This document shows, in pieces, positions 10,013 to 21,846 of a stretch of DNA of 64,000 nt. The notes beneath the pieces are model-generated. The model made no database searches, was not told the DNA's origin, and saw nothing but the letters and a program-made list of their open reading frames with translations. The stretch is from Alphaproteobacteria bacterium (lineage in GTDB: Bacteria > Pseudomonadota > Alphaproteobacteria > MPNO01): positions 928,001 to 992,000 of the forward strand of contig OZ219866.1 in the NCBI GenBank assembly GCA_964291675.2, in the 5' to 3' direction. Made by a program: the position numbers and the translations under genes. The stretch's first letter is position 1, and every line of letters begins with the position of its first letter.

Positions 10013-10486
10013 TCACCCCCCGCCCGCTTCGAGCCGCGCGGCCGCCCGCCGCCTGGCCAGCGCGCCGTCGCGGTCGGACACGTAGATCAGCCCGCCGATC
10101 CGGCGCATCAGCTGGGCCTCGTGCGCATCGACCCGGCCGTCGGCAAGCACCACCTCCCACAGCATCTCCACCAGGGCGACGCGCTGCTCGTAGCTGTAGC
10201 GGTCCTTCACGGTGCGGGTGAAGCCGAGGATCTGCACCGCCCCCGCCGCCCTGTCCTCGGCCGCGGCGAGCAGGGTCTCGGCCTCCTCCGCATCGAGCGA
10301 GAACCGCCGCAGCAGGATGTCGAGGATGCGGCGGCGCTCGACCTCGTCGAAGCTGGCATCGACCGATGCGGCGTGGACCAGCAGGGCCGCCGCGGCGATC
10401 TCCAGCGGATCCTGCGGCCGCACGGCTTGCGGGGCGTCCGGTTCCGCCGCGCGGCCGCCCAGCAGGTCCCTGATCCGGTTGATCAT
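10013..10486 (-). CDS. TerB family (tellurite resistance-like) protein
   Basis: AAAALLVHAASVD..FDEVE, LVEMLWEVVLADGRVDAHE; ATG at 10486 overlaps the upstream stop. Confidence 0.85.
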   Translation of the reverse strand: MINRIRDLLGGRAAEPDAPQAVRPQDPLEIAAAALLVHAASVDASFDEVERRRILDILLRRFSLDAEEAETLLAAAEDRAAGAVQILGFTRTVKDRYSYEQRVALVEMLWEVVLADGRVDAHEAQLMRRIGGLIYVSDRDGALARRRAAARLEAGGG

Positions 10487-10773
10487 GGGGCGGTCGCCTG
10501 CGGCGCGCGCGGCGGGATGGTCTCGTAGAGCCGCCTCGCCTCCTCCGGCGGGCCGCGCCGCGTGCCGACCGCCAGCACGCGCACCACCTGGATCTCCCGC
10601 GGCATGGGCACCGTCAGCACGCTGCCGGGGGCCACGCGGTGATCGGCCTTGCGGGTCACCCTCCCGTCCACCCTGATACGCCCCTCCCGGCACAGCCGGG
10701 TCGCCTTGCTGCGGCTCTTGAACAGCCGCGCGTACCAGAGCCACTTGTCGAGCCGGATCGCGTCCTCGGTCAT
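10483..10773 (-). CDS. S4-domain RNA-binding protein (Hsp15-like)
   Basis: RLDKWLWYARLFKSRSKA, RRGPPEEARRLY; ATG at 10773. Confidence 0.9.
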   Translation of the reverse strand: MTEDAIRLDKWLWYARLFKSRSKATRLCREGRIRVDGRVTRKADHRVAPGSVLTVPMPREIQVVRVLAVGTRRGPPEEARRLYETIPPRAPQATAP

Positions 10774-13268
10774 ACCGGTTTCTTGAGGCCCTGGAGCTTG
10801 GCGAAAGGCGAGGACGACGGGTTGCGCCGCCTCCCCGGCCGGCGCCCCCGCCGTTCCCGCGCGGCGCGTTCGGGTGCGGCGCGGACATAGCGCGCGCCGT
10901 CTTCGGTGTCCTGCAGGCGGTATCCCAGCCCGTTCAGCACCGGCCCGGCCTGCTGCGCCGAGAGCCCGGCCCCGGAGAGCAGCCCGGGAGCGAGCTCGAA
11001 CGGGCCGTTTCGCGCCGCCCGGGCGAGCGCGATGGCGAGGCGGTCGAGAATGTCGATGCGGATCGCGGTGCCGCCGATCAGTCGGAACCCGCAGGCGGCG
11101 TAGAAGGACGGGTCGGGGTCGGCGTCGGGCACCACCGAGCACAGGCCGGGCGGCGGCGCCGGCCGGGGCGGCCGGCCGCGGTGGATCGACCACAGAAGCG
11201 CCCTGAGCCGCGCCGCCCTCGGCTTGACCAGCGCCGGCAGGTAGACCGCCTCCATCCCGAAGCGTACGCCGAGCGCGCGCATGCGGCGCCGGTCCGCCGC
11301 CGGCAGGTCGGCGATCAGCGAGCGCACGTCGCGCCGCGGCAGCGAGCCCAGCGCCTCCACAAGCTGAAAGACGAGGCCGCGCGCCGCCCCCGCGAACCCG
11401 GCATCGCGGAGCGCGAACAGCGGCGCGAGGTCGGCTTCCAGATGGCCGGCGAGCCAGGCTTCGATGCGGCGCCGCGCCCGCGCCGCCGGATCCGCGCCGA
11501 GGCCCTCGTCGGCGCGCAGCTCGATCCGCGGCGCAAGCGGGCTCGCGCCGGCCGCGAGCCGGGCGACGACGGCGCCCCGCCAGGCGATGCCGGCATCGTC
11601 CCCGAGCGCGAACGCATCGTCCCCGTCCCCGGCCAGCGCGGCGGCGCGTTCGCGCAGGCTGCGCCGGACGGCGCGGTCCGCCAGAGGCCGCACCTCTCGG
11701 CCGCTGCGCGCGCCCTCCGCCGCGTCGACCGCGAACCGCAATCCTTCGACCCGGCCGACGGACTCGCCCGCGATCCGCACGATCCCGTCCGCATCCACCG
11801 TCGCGGCGAGGGAGGACCGGCCCCTGGCGCGGTTGAGCAGCGCCGCGCGGCGGTCGACGAAGCGCTGGGCCAGCCGGTCGTGCAGCGCATCCGACAGGCG
11901 GTCCTCGATCGACCGGGCACGCGCCTGCCAGGCCTTGCCGTCGTCCAGCCAGTCGGCGCGATGGGCGATATAGGTCCAGGTCCGCACATGGGCGATGCGC
12001 GCCATCAGCGTGTCGATCTCGCCGTCGGTGCGGTCGAGACCGGCGATCTGCCCGGCGATCCAGTCGGCCGGCAGCCGCTCTTGCGGCCCGGAGAGATGGC
12101 CGAACACCGTGGCCAGCAGGCTCGTGTGCTCTTCGGCCATGGTCTTGCGGTAATCGGGGATCTGGCACACCTCCCACAACAGCCGCAGCGCGGCGCCGCC
12201 CGCGGCGCGGCGGCGGATGTCCCCGTCGCCGAGCAGGGCGCCGAGCGCGCGCCGGTCGTCGCTCTCGCGCGCCCGCACCAGCTCGGCCCGGGGCGGCGTG
12301 GCGTCGAGGCTCTCCAGGAGCGCCTCCGGCGAGCGGAAATCGAGCGCCGCGTTGCGCCATTGCAGCGCGGCGAGCGGCTTGAAGCCGTGGTTCTCGATGG
12401 CCTCCACGACCTCCGGCTCGAAGGCGCCCAGCCCGCCCGTGGTGCCGAACGTGCCGTCGTTCATGTAGCGCCCGGCGCGGCCGGCGATCTGCGCCAGCTC
12501 GGCCACGTCGAGCTCGCGGTGCAGCCTGCCGTCGAACTTCTTGCGCTCGAAGAACGCCACGTGGTCGAGCCGCATGTTGAGCCCCATGCCGATCGCATCG
12601 GTCGCGACCAGAAAATCCACCTCGCCGTCCTGGTACATCGCGACCTGGGCGTTGCGGGTGCGCGGGCTGAGCGCGCCGAGGACGATCGCCGCGCCGCCGC
12701 GCTGGCGCCGCAGAAGCTCGGCGATCTCGTAGACCCGCCCGGCCGAGAAGGCGATCACCGCCGAGCGCGGCGGCAGCCGGGTGAGCTTCTTCGCCCCGCT
12801 CCAGGAGAGGCGGGACAGCCTGGGCCGGCCGACGAACTCCGCATCCGGCACCAGCCTGCGGATCAGCGGCCGCATGGTATCGGCGCCGAGCAGCATGGTC
12901 TCCACCTCGCCGCGGGCGCGCAGCAGCCGGTCGGTGAACACATGTCCCCGCTCGCCGTCGGCGCACATCTGGACTTCGTCCACTGCGAGGAAATCGAAGT
13001 CCCTTTCCAGCGGCATCGACTCGGCGGTGCACAGGAAGTAGCGCGCCCGGGCCGGTACGATCTTCTCCTCGCCGGTGACCAGGGCGACATGGCGCGCGCC
13101 CTTCAGCCGGACCACCCGGTCGTAGTTCTCGCGCGCGAGCAGGCGGAGCGGAAAGCCGATGACGCCGTTCCGGTGCGCCAGCAGGCGCTCGATCGCGAAA
13201 TGGGTCTTGCCGGTGTTCGTCGGGCCAAGAACGGCGGTCACGGATGCGCGCGGCCCGATGGCGGACAT
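10770..13268 (-). CDS. SUV3-like superfamily-2 helicase
   Basis: GPTNTGKT, PLRLLARE, DEVQ, ATDAIGMGLN, QIAGRAGR; the helicase-S4-fdxA-carD order is familiar from Alphaproteobacteria. Confidence 0.9.
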   Translation of the reverse strand: MSAIGPRASVTAVLGPTNTGKTHFAIERLLAHRNGVIGFPLRLLARENYDRVVRLKGARHVALVTGEEKIVPARARYFLCTAESMPLERDFDFLAVDEVQMCADGERGHVFTDRLLRARGEVETMLLGADTMRPLIRRLVPDAEFVGRPRLSRLSWSGAKKLTRLPPRSAVIAFSAGRVYEIAELLRRQRGGAAIVLGALSPRTRNAQVAMYQDGEVDFLVATDAIGMGLNMRLDHVAFFERKKFDGRLHRELDVAELAQIAGRAGRYMNDGTFGTTGGLGAFEPEVVEAIENHGFKPLAALQWRNAALDFRSPEALLESLDATPPRAELVRARESDDRRALGALLGDGDIRRRAAGGAALRLLWEVCQIPDYRKTMAEEHTSLLATVFGHLSGPQERLPADWIAGQIAGLDRTDGEIDTLMARIAHVRTWTYIAHRADWLDDGKAWQARARSIEDRLSDALHDRLAQRFVDRRAALLNRARGRSSLAATVDADGIVRIAGESVGRVEGLRFAVDAAEGARSGREVRPLADRAVRRSLRERAAALAGDGDDAFALGDDAGIAWRGAVVARLAAGASPLAPRIELRADEGLGADPAARARRRIEAWLAGHLEADLAPLFALRDAGFAGAARGLVFQLVEALGSLPRRDVRSLIADLPAADRRRMRALGVRFGMEAVYLPALVKPRAARLRALLWSIHRGRPPRPAPPPGLCSVVPDADPDPSFYAACGFRLIGGTAIRIDILDRLAIALARAARNGPFELAPGLLSGAGLSAQQAGPVLNGLGYRLQDTEDGARYVRAAPERAARERRGRRPGRRRNPSSSPFAKLQGLKKPV

Positions 13269-13332
13269 GGCCCCAGCATCGGCAATCGGCGGGCGGAAGG
13301 CAAGGCCCGGCGGGGTAGGGGGTCACCCCCTC

Positions 13333-13428
13333 GTCGTGGCCGGACTTGATCCGGCCATCCATGCAGCCTCTCCGCCCGCACGGCGGTCGGACGGGACGGG
13401 CGGCGGCGCCCATGGATGCCCAGATCAA
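13333..13428. repeat. REP/RPE-like palindromic element with a degenerate right arm
   Basis: GTCGTGGCCGGACTTGATCCGGCCATCCATG ... CATGGATGCCCAGATCAA; the right arm runs into the Fic stop codon. Confidence 0.65.
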
Positions 13429-14597
13429 AGTCCCGGCAGCCGGGGAGACTCGGCTCCCGAGACCTCGGGCAGCTCGTAAGGGTCGAGAACGGTCCGGTCG
13501 CGTCGTGCCCTTTGCCTTGCCTCCTTGAGTTCTCTACCGGCTGTATAATATCTGCCTCGCCGCTCTCCGTGCGGGATGAGAATTTCTAAGTCGGTTAAAG
13601 TTCTGAGGTCCCGGCCGGCAACGTAAGAACTTTCTTCCGTCTCTTTTTGATATCTCGAATTCGTCACTCTTATGCCCAGCGCCGCATTGAATAACGGTAT
13701 CGTCATCCTTTCTATTAGCCTTTCGCGCGCAACTAGTTTCTCTATGCTTTCGAAGACCGACTCGTATTCTTCGTATCGTCGGATCAACGTGTTCGCTTGC
13801 TGATAGTGGGCCTTGAGACAGAACCTGACCCAGGGAAGCGCGGTGCGAGAAGGATTCCAGCTTCCTATCCCGACCTCACCGAGAATTTTGTAATATTCCT
13901 GAGTATTGCGCCCTAACCATTCTTCAATGCTGGAAAAGAGAGGATGAATAACCCCTTCCCTTGCAAGAACAAGTGTTTGCAGCCCCCGCGCCATCCGACC
14001 GTTGCCGTCCTTGAACGGGTGGATCATTGTCAGGTTCAGGTGCGCCATCGCCGCAGCAACGATGACCGATTGGTGATCCTGGTTGTCCAGGTACGCCACC
14101 AGCTCGCCGACCAAGGGATCCACTGTCTCGACATCCGGTGCTTCATACACGACCGCCCCGGTTTCATCGTTCACGACGCGCACGTCGCCCGGCCGCCACT
14201 TTCCTGGATGCGCTGTCATGTCGAACTGCGTCATCATGAAGTGCAGGCTCTTGAGGAGCTGTTTGTTGAATTCGAAATAGGGGTCCTCCGCCGCCTGCAT
14301 TATGTAGGTCATTGCGGCCCTGTACCCGTTGATGGCCGCCCACGTCTCTGTCTTTTCGTCCAGCGGCGGCTCATCTTCCACGGCCGCCATGGCCTCGTCC
14401 ATTGAGGCATTGTACCCCTCGATTGCGTTCGACCCTTGAATTGCGCGCGCAAGGGTGCTCTTCCGAAGGGTTCCGGACCAGCGGCGAGGATTGTTCTGGG
14501 TCGCGATTCTCAGACGAACCCTTTGACCCTTAAGTATTTCCAGCACCTTGTGGTCTTCTGCCGACAAGGCGGGCTCACCGAAGATCATGCCAGACAT
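13425..14597 (-). CDS. Fic family protein with a probable C-terminal HTH
   Basis: Canonical motif HPFKDGNGRMAR; N-terminal GSNAIEGY; visibly AT-richer than the flanks. Confidence 0.92.
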   Translation of the reverse strand: MSGMIFGEPALSAEDHKVLEILKGQRVRLRIATQNNPRRWSGTLRKSTLARAIQGSNAIEGYNASMDEAMAAVEDEPPLDEKTETWAAINGYRAAMTYIMQAAEDPYFEFNKQLLKSLHFMMTQFDMTAHPGKWRPGDVRVVNDETGAVVYEAPDVETVDPLVGELVAYLDNQDHQSVIVAAAMAHLNLTMIHPFKDGNGRMARGLQTLVLAREGVIHPLFSSIEEWLGRNTQEYYKILGEVGIGSWNPSRTALPWVRFCLKAHYQQANTLIRRYEEYESVFESIEKLVARERLIERMTIPLFNAALGIRVTNSRYQKETEESSYVAGRDLRTLTDLEILIPHGERRGRYYTAGRELKEARQRARRDRTVLDPYELPEVSGAESPRLPGL

Positions 14598-14611
14598 CCC
14601 GATTCATATTT

Positions 14612-14642
14612 GCGTACTGCAAGAATATATCTAGCAGTACGC
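14612..14642. promoter_or_regulatory. Palindromic operator-like site between the divergent fic and transposase-remnant starts
   Basis: GCGTACTGC-N13-GCAGTACGC, perfect 9-bp arms. Confidence 0.45.
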
Positions 14643-14665
14643 GCAAACCAATTCAAATATCTAGC

Positions 14666-14929
14666 ATGAACAGGTTGGATATCGAGACCGGCAAGCCGAT
14701 CGTCCGGTGCCTCGTGGAAGGCCAGCGCATCCGGGCTACGGTGCGGATGGCGGACGTTTCCGAGAACACCGTCACCAAGCTTCCGACCGACGCCGGCAAG
14801 GCGTGCCCCGCCTATCGGGACGAGGCGCTACGCGACCTGCCATGCCAGCGCATTCAGGCCGACGAAGCGGCCCCAAGGCCCGGCTCGCGCGGCCCTTGCG
14901 AGAATGGGAATTCAAACTGAGACACCACC
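14666..14929 (+). mobile_element. Internally deleted IS1-like transposase remnant with one terminal sequence
   Basis: N-terminal HTH-like LVEGQRIRATVRMADVSENTVTKL..DAGKAC..LRDLPCQRIQADE joined directly to a tail SRGPCENGNSN*, followed by AATTCAAACTGAGACACCACC; family recognised from memory. Confidence 0.65.
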
Positions 14930-14938
14930 CCGCCGGGG

Positions 14939-14969
14939 CTTGAACGCGGGGCGCCGCTTGCGCATATCT
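14939..14969 (+). promoter_or_regulatory. Probable RpoH (sigma32) promoter of htpG
   Basis: CTTGAA-N16-CGCATATCT upstream of a heat-shock chaperone gene. Confidence 0.6.
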
Positions 14970-15026
14970 TCGCCTGTCGCGCGCGGCGGAGAGCGCCGTC
15001 CACATCGCACGATCGGGGAGGAGTCG

Positions 15027-16895
15027 ATGGCCGAGGAGACGCTGAGCTTCCAGACGGAAGTCTCCCGATTGCTGCGAATCGTCGCCAACTCGCTGTACAG
15101 CGAGAAGCGGATCTTTCTGCGCGAGCTGATCTCCAACGCATCCGACGCCTGCGACCGGCTGCGCTACGAGGCGCTCGCCGAGCCCGGGCTGATCGAGGAC
15201 GATCCGGATTTCCGGGTCCGCATCGAGCTCGATGCGGAGGCGCGGACCATATCGGTGGTCGATAACGGGATCGGCATGAACCGCGAGGGGCTGATCGCCG
15301 ATCTCGGCACCATCGCGCGGTCCGGCACCACCGCCTATCTGGAGCAGGTCTCCGGCGACGCGGCGGAGGACATGGCGCTGATCGGGCAGTTCGGCGTGGG
15401 GTTCTACTCCGCCTTCATGGTGGCCGACCGGGTCGAGGTCATCAGCCGGCGCGCCGGCGAGGACGCGGCGTGGCGCTGGGCCTCCGAAGGGCTCGGCGAG
15501 TTCGTCGTCGGCGAGGCCGAGCGCGCCGGCCGCGGCACCACGGTGACGCTGCACATACGCGACGGCGAGGACGGGTTCCTCGAGCCCGCCGGCCTGCGCG
15601 GCATCGTCAAGACCTATTCGGACCACATCGCGCTGCCGATCGTTCTCGTCGAGGACGGCAGCGAGGAGACCGTCAACGAGGCCTCCGCGCTGTGGACCCG
15701 GCCGCGCGGCGAGATCGACGACGACCAGTACGGCGAGTTCTACCGCCATGTCGGCCACGCCTTCGACGAGCCCTGGATGACGGTCCACTGGCGGGCCGAG
15801 GGGGTGCACGAATACACCACCCTGGTCTTCATCCCCTCCCAGCGGCCGTTCGACCTGTTCGACCCGCAGCGCAGGCACGGCGTGAAGCTCTACGTGAAGC
15901 GCGTGTTCGTCACCGACGATTGCGCCGAGCTGGTGCCGCAATGGCTGCGCTTCCTGCGCGGGCTGGTCGACAGCGAGGATCTGCCGCTCAACATCAGCCG
16001 CGAGATGCTGCAGAACAACCCGCTGCTGGCGCGCATGCGGGCGGCGATCGTCCGCCGCGTGCTCGGCGAGCTCGCCAAGAAGGCCGAGGCAGAGCCCGAA
16101 AGCTATGCCGGGTTCTGGGAGAATTTCGGCCCGGTGCTGAAGGAGGGTTTGTACGAGGACGCCGACAACCGCGACGAGCTCCTCGAGCTCGCGCGCTTCC
16201 ACTCGACCGCCGATGGCGGGCCGGTCGGGCTCGATGCCTATGTCGAGCGTATGAAGGAGGGCCAGGAGGCGATCTACTACATCGCCGGCGAGGCGCTCGA
16301 TGCGGTGCGCCAGAGCCCGCAGCTCGAAGGCTTTCGCGCGCGCGGCATCGAGGTCCTGCTGATGACCGACCCGGTGGACGAGTTCTGGATCCCGGCCGTC
16401 GGCACCTATTCCGGCAAGGCGTTCAAGTCGGCCACGAGGGCCGGCGCCGACCTCGCCGACATCGCGGTCGAAAGCGAGGCCGAGGGCGGCGGGGAGGCGA
16501 TCGACCAGGGACGCATCGACAGCGTGATCGCGATGTTCAAGCTGGCGCTCAAGGACGAGGTGAAGGACGTGCGGACCTCCGACCGGCTGACCGACAGCGC
16601 CGCCTGTCTGGTCGCCGACGAGGGGGATCTCGACATCAACCTCGAACGCCTGCTGAGGCAGCACCGGCAGCTCGATACCGGTTTTAGGCGCATCCTCGAG
16701 ATCAACCCGCGGCACGCGCTGATCCGCAGCCTCGCCGATGCCGTCGGCAAGGGCGCGGCGGCCGCAAGGCTGTCCGACACGGCGTGGCTGGTGCTCGACC
16801 AGGCGCGCATCATGGAGGGCGAGACACCGCCCGACCCCGCCGCCTTCTCCAGGCGCATGTCGGAGGCGCTCGCGCGCGGCCTGGAGGCCGGCTGA
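15027..16895 (+). CDS. htpG: Molecular chaperone HtpG (Hsp90)
   Basis: NSLYSEKRIFLRELISNASDA, DNGIGM, IGQFGVGFYSAF, LPLNISRE, LEINPRH; ATG at 15027 after GAGGAG. Confidence 0.98.
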   Translation: MAEETLSFQTEVSRLLRIVANSLYSEKRIFLRELISNASDACDRLRYEALAEPGLIEDDPDFRVRIELDAEARTISVVDNGIGMNREGLIADLGTIARSGTTAYLEQVSGDAAEDMALIGQFGVGFYSAFMVADRVEVISRRAGEDAAWRWASEGLGEFVVGEAERAGRGTTVTLHIRDGEDGFLEPAGLRGIVKTYSDHIALPIVLVEDGSEETVNEASALWTRPRGEIDDDQYGEFYRHVGHAFDEPWMTVHWRAEGVHEYTTLVFIPSQRPFDLFDPQRRHGVKLYVKRVFVTDDCAELVPQWLRFLRGLVDSEDLPLNISREMLQNNPLLARMRAAIVRRVLGELAKKAEAEPESYAGFWENFGPVLKEGLYEDADNRDELLELARFHSTADGGPVGLDAYVERMKEGQEAIYYIAGEALDAVRQSPQLEGFRARGIEVLLMTDPVDEFWIPAVGTYSGKAFKSATRAGADLADIAVESEAEGGGEAIDQGRIDSVIAMFKLALKDEVKDVRTSDRLTDSAACLVADEGDLDINLERLLRQHRQLDTGFRRILEINPRHALIRSLADAVGKGAAAARLSDTAWLVLDQARIMEGETPPDPAAFSRRMSEALARGLEAG

Positions 16896-16998
16896 GCGGC
16901 TGCCCGCGGCGTCCCCCCGCCCGTTCCCTCGGCATGGCCCGGCATGACGGTTGGGGGTGCAGGGCGCGGTCGCCCGCGCCGCGGGGCTCGCGCCGCCG

Positions 16999-17113
16999 CT
17001 ACTCGGCCGGGGCTTCTGCGGCTGCCGCCTCGGTGCGGGCGAGGATGAATCTTTCCACCAGGCCGAGCCTGCCCTTCACCTCGGACAGACCGTCTTCGAC
17101 CGAGCGCAGCCGC
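16999..17113 (-). pseudogene. C-terminal remnant of a small coiled-coil protein, abutting a palindromic repeat
   Basis: RLRSVEDGLSEVKGRLGLVERFILAR shows a heptad pattern; the upstream part of ORF 16999..17316 is repeat-derived. Confidence 0.35.
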
Positions 17114-17228
17114 GCGTCCTTCGATACGCCTGCCTGCGGCAGGCTACTCAGGATGAGGGGTGAGGGTGTGCGGCCCAAGCTCTCACCCTCATCCTGAGTA
17201 GGCGCGCCAGCGCCGTATCGAAGGACGC
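17114..17228. repeat. Long nested palindromic repeat (RPE/REP-like), 115 bp
   Basis: Perfect outer arms GCGTCCTTCGATACG/CGTATCGAAGGACGC and inner arms CTACTCAGGATGAGGG/CCCTCATCCTGAGTAG. Confidence 0.85.
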
Positions 17229-17336
17229 CCCCCGAGGACGCGGGCGCGGATTCGGGCCGAAGCGCGATTTTCCACACTGCCGTTACCGCTTCCGGCAACG
17301 TCTTCAAGCGATACATAGGTCAACCATGTTGACCAT

Positions 17337-17352
17337 TGTTTCACGTGAAACA
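17337..17352. promoter_or_regulatory. parS centromere-like site (ParB binding)
   Basis: Exact consensus TGTTTCACGTGAAACA. Confidence 0.85.
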
Positions 17353-17373
17353 TTAGGCGCGGTTCCGCCCCGG

Positions 17374-20055
<2,682 letters not shown>

Positions 20056-20369
20056 TGCCCCGTCCTCCGCGTCAGATCAATCCGATGCCCCGCGCGATGC
20101 ATAGCCTGCCGGCGCCGCCTTGGCGAGGGGTTATTGGTCCGCCGGGAGACGGTCGCACCGGCCGGCCGGGCGCGAGAAATCACAATATTGCCGCATTCCC
20201 GGCTGGCGGCGGCCACAATCCGCCACCATGTATGCTGCATCCTAACCCCTCGGACGCCTGCCCCGGGCGTCCAGCCGGCCGTCAGGCCAAACTCCACGGG
20301 CCGCCGGAGCCTCTCCCGGCGGCCCGTTCTTATGCGCGCCCGGGGCCGCGGTGCTACGATCCGCCGCCC

Positions 20370-21383
20370 ATGTCCACAGCCTGCCGTCCCGTCCCCCGCC
20401 GCGCGCCGGCGGCCGCCGCCCTCGCCCTCGCGATGGCGGCCGGGCAGGCGGGTGCCGATGCCGTCGGCTTCCGCGACATCGAGTTCGAGGCCGACGGCGA
20501 GAACCTGGTGGCCGCGCTGTGGTACCCGACCGGCGCGGCGCCGGGGCGGACGGCGCTCGGTCCGATCTCGATGGAAACGGCCCGGGACGCGCCCCCCGGC
20601 GCCGGGCGCTACGGGCTGGTCCTGATCTCGCACGGCACGGGCGGCGGCCGGCTGAACCATCGCGGCACGGCGATCCGGCTCGCCCGCGCGGGCTATGTGG
20701 CGGTGGCGCCGGAACACGCGGGCGACAGCTGGCGCGACGGCCGGTACAGCGGCACCTCGGCCAACTGGCGCCGCCGGCCGCGCCAGCTAAGCGCGGCGCT
20801 CGACCGGGTCCTGGGGGATGCCGAGTTCGGCCCGCGCATCGACCGTGCGCGCATCGGGGCGCTCGGCCACTCCGCCGGCGGCTACAGCGTGCTCGCGCTG
20901 GCCGGCGCCCGGGCGGATCTGTCGGCGCTGGCCCGGCATTGCACCCGCCGCCGCGACCGGGACCCGGAGTTCTGCGCCTATGGCCGGCGGGACGCGGCGG
21001 CCGGCGGTGCGCTGCCCGATCTGTCGGACCGGCGCGTCCGCGCGGTCGCGGCGGTCGCCCCGGTGGGCGCGCTGTTCGGCGCCGGCTCGTTCGCAGGCGT
21101 GGCGGTTCCGGTCGAGATCCACCGCCTCGGCAAGGACCGCGTGCTGCGCCGGCCCTTCCACGCCGACCACATCGCGCGGCTGATCGGGCGCGGGGTCCGG
21201 CTCGCGGTGCACCCGGGCGCCCATCACTTCGCCTTCATCGCACCCTTTCCCGCCGCCCTGGTCGCCGAGGTCGGGGAACCGGCCCGCGACCCGCCGGGAT
21301 TCGACCGCCGCGCCTTCCTGTCGCGCATCGACCGGCAGATCGTCGCGTTCTTCGACCGCGCCCTGCCGGCGGCGCGAAAGTAG
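20370..21383 (+). CDS. Exported alpha/beta hydrolase (dienelactone-hydrolase-like)
   Basis: Signal-like N-terminus, LWYP, LISHGTGG, GHSAGG nucleophile elbow, GAHHFAFI; start uncertain. Confidence 0.85.
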   Translation: MSTACRPVPRRAPAAAALALAMAAGQAGADAVGFRDIEFEADGENLVAALWYPTGAAPGRTALGPISMETARDAPPGAGRYGLVLISHGTGGGRLNHRGTAIRLARAGYVAVAPEHAGDSWRDGRYSGTSANWRRRPRQLSAALDRVLGDAEFGPRIDRARIGALGHSAGGYSVLALAGARADLSALARHCTRRRDRDPEFCAYGRRDAAAGGALPDLSDRRVRAVAAVAPVGALFGAGSFAGVAVPVEIHRLGKDRVLRRPFHADHIARLIGRGVRLAVHPGAHHFAFIAPFPAALVAEVGEPARDPPGFDRRAFLSRIDRQIVAFFDRALPAARK

Positions 21384-21399
21384 TACCGTTTCAGGCTAA

Positions 21400-21415
21400 T
21401 GTTTCACGTGAAACA
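21400..21415. promoter_or_regulatory. Second parS site
   Basis: Exact consensus TGTTTCACGTGAAACA. Confidence 0.85.
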
Positions 21416-21489
21416 ATGGTCAGCATTGCTGACCTATTCTGATCGCCGTTCTTCGGGGTTGGGCGGCGGATTTCAAGACATCCGCGAGA

Positions 21490-21716
21490 TGCCGACCTAC
21501 CCACGCCAGCTCCCGATGTCCCGGGCCGATGTGGTTTACAGGATCACCAAAACGTTCTGGGAGCACATCGACGAAGTCCATAGGAAGTCGGTGGGATTCA
21601 AGGACTTGACCCTGGCAAACGCGTTCAGGGGAACGGCCTCGCCAATCCACCCGGGCGCAGTGCAGTACTATCGCGAGATCGGGATCGAAGTGCCTGAGCG
21701 CCTGTTGCACAACTAG
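21490..21716 (+). pseudogene. C-terminal fragment of a TAXI-family TRAP solute-binding protein
   Basis: DVVYRITKTFWEH...PIHPGAVQYYREIG is the characteristic TAXI C-terminus; the N-terminal majority is missing. Confidence 0.7.
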
Positions 21717-21846
21717 CCCTTCCCGCGAGGCCGCTCAGATGGCCGGCAGGACATCGATTGCGTCGCCGTAACGACGGCAGTCGCCTGACAGCCTGGCCAG
21801 CGCCGGCGCGCGGCCGTCAAGGGTTCCGCGCGCCGGGGGTGACGGG

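Noticed and set aside
21399-21489. ORFs starting MFHVKQ at the parS sites
   Set aside because: MFHVKQ is simply the translation of the parS palindrome, not a real N-terminus.
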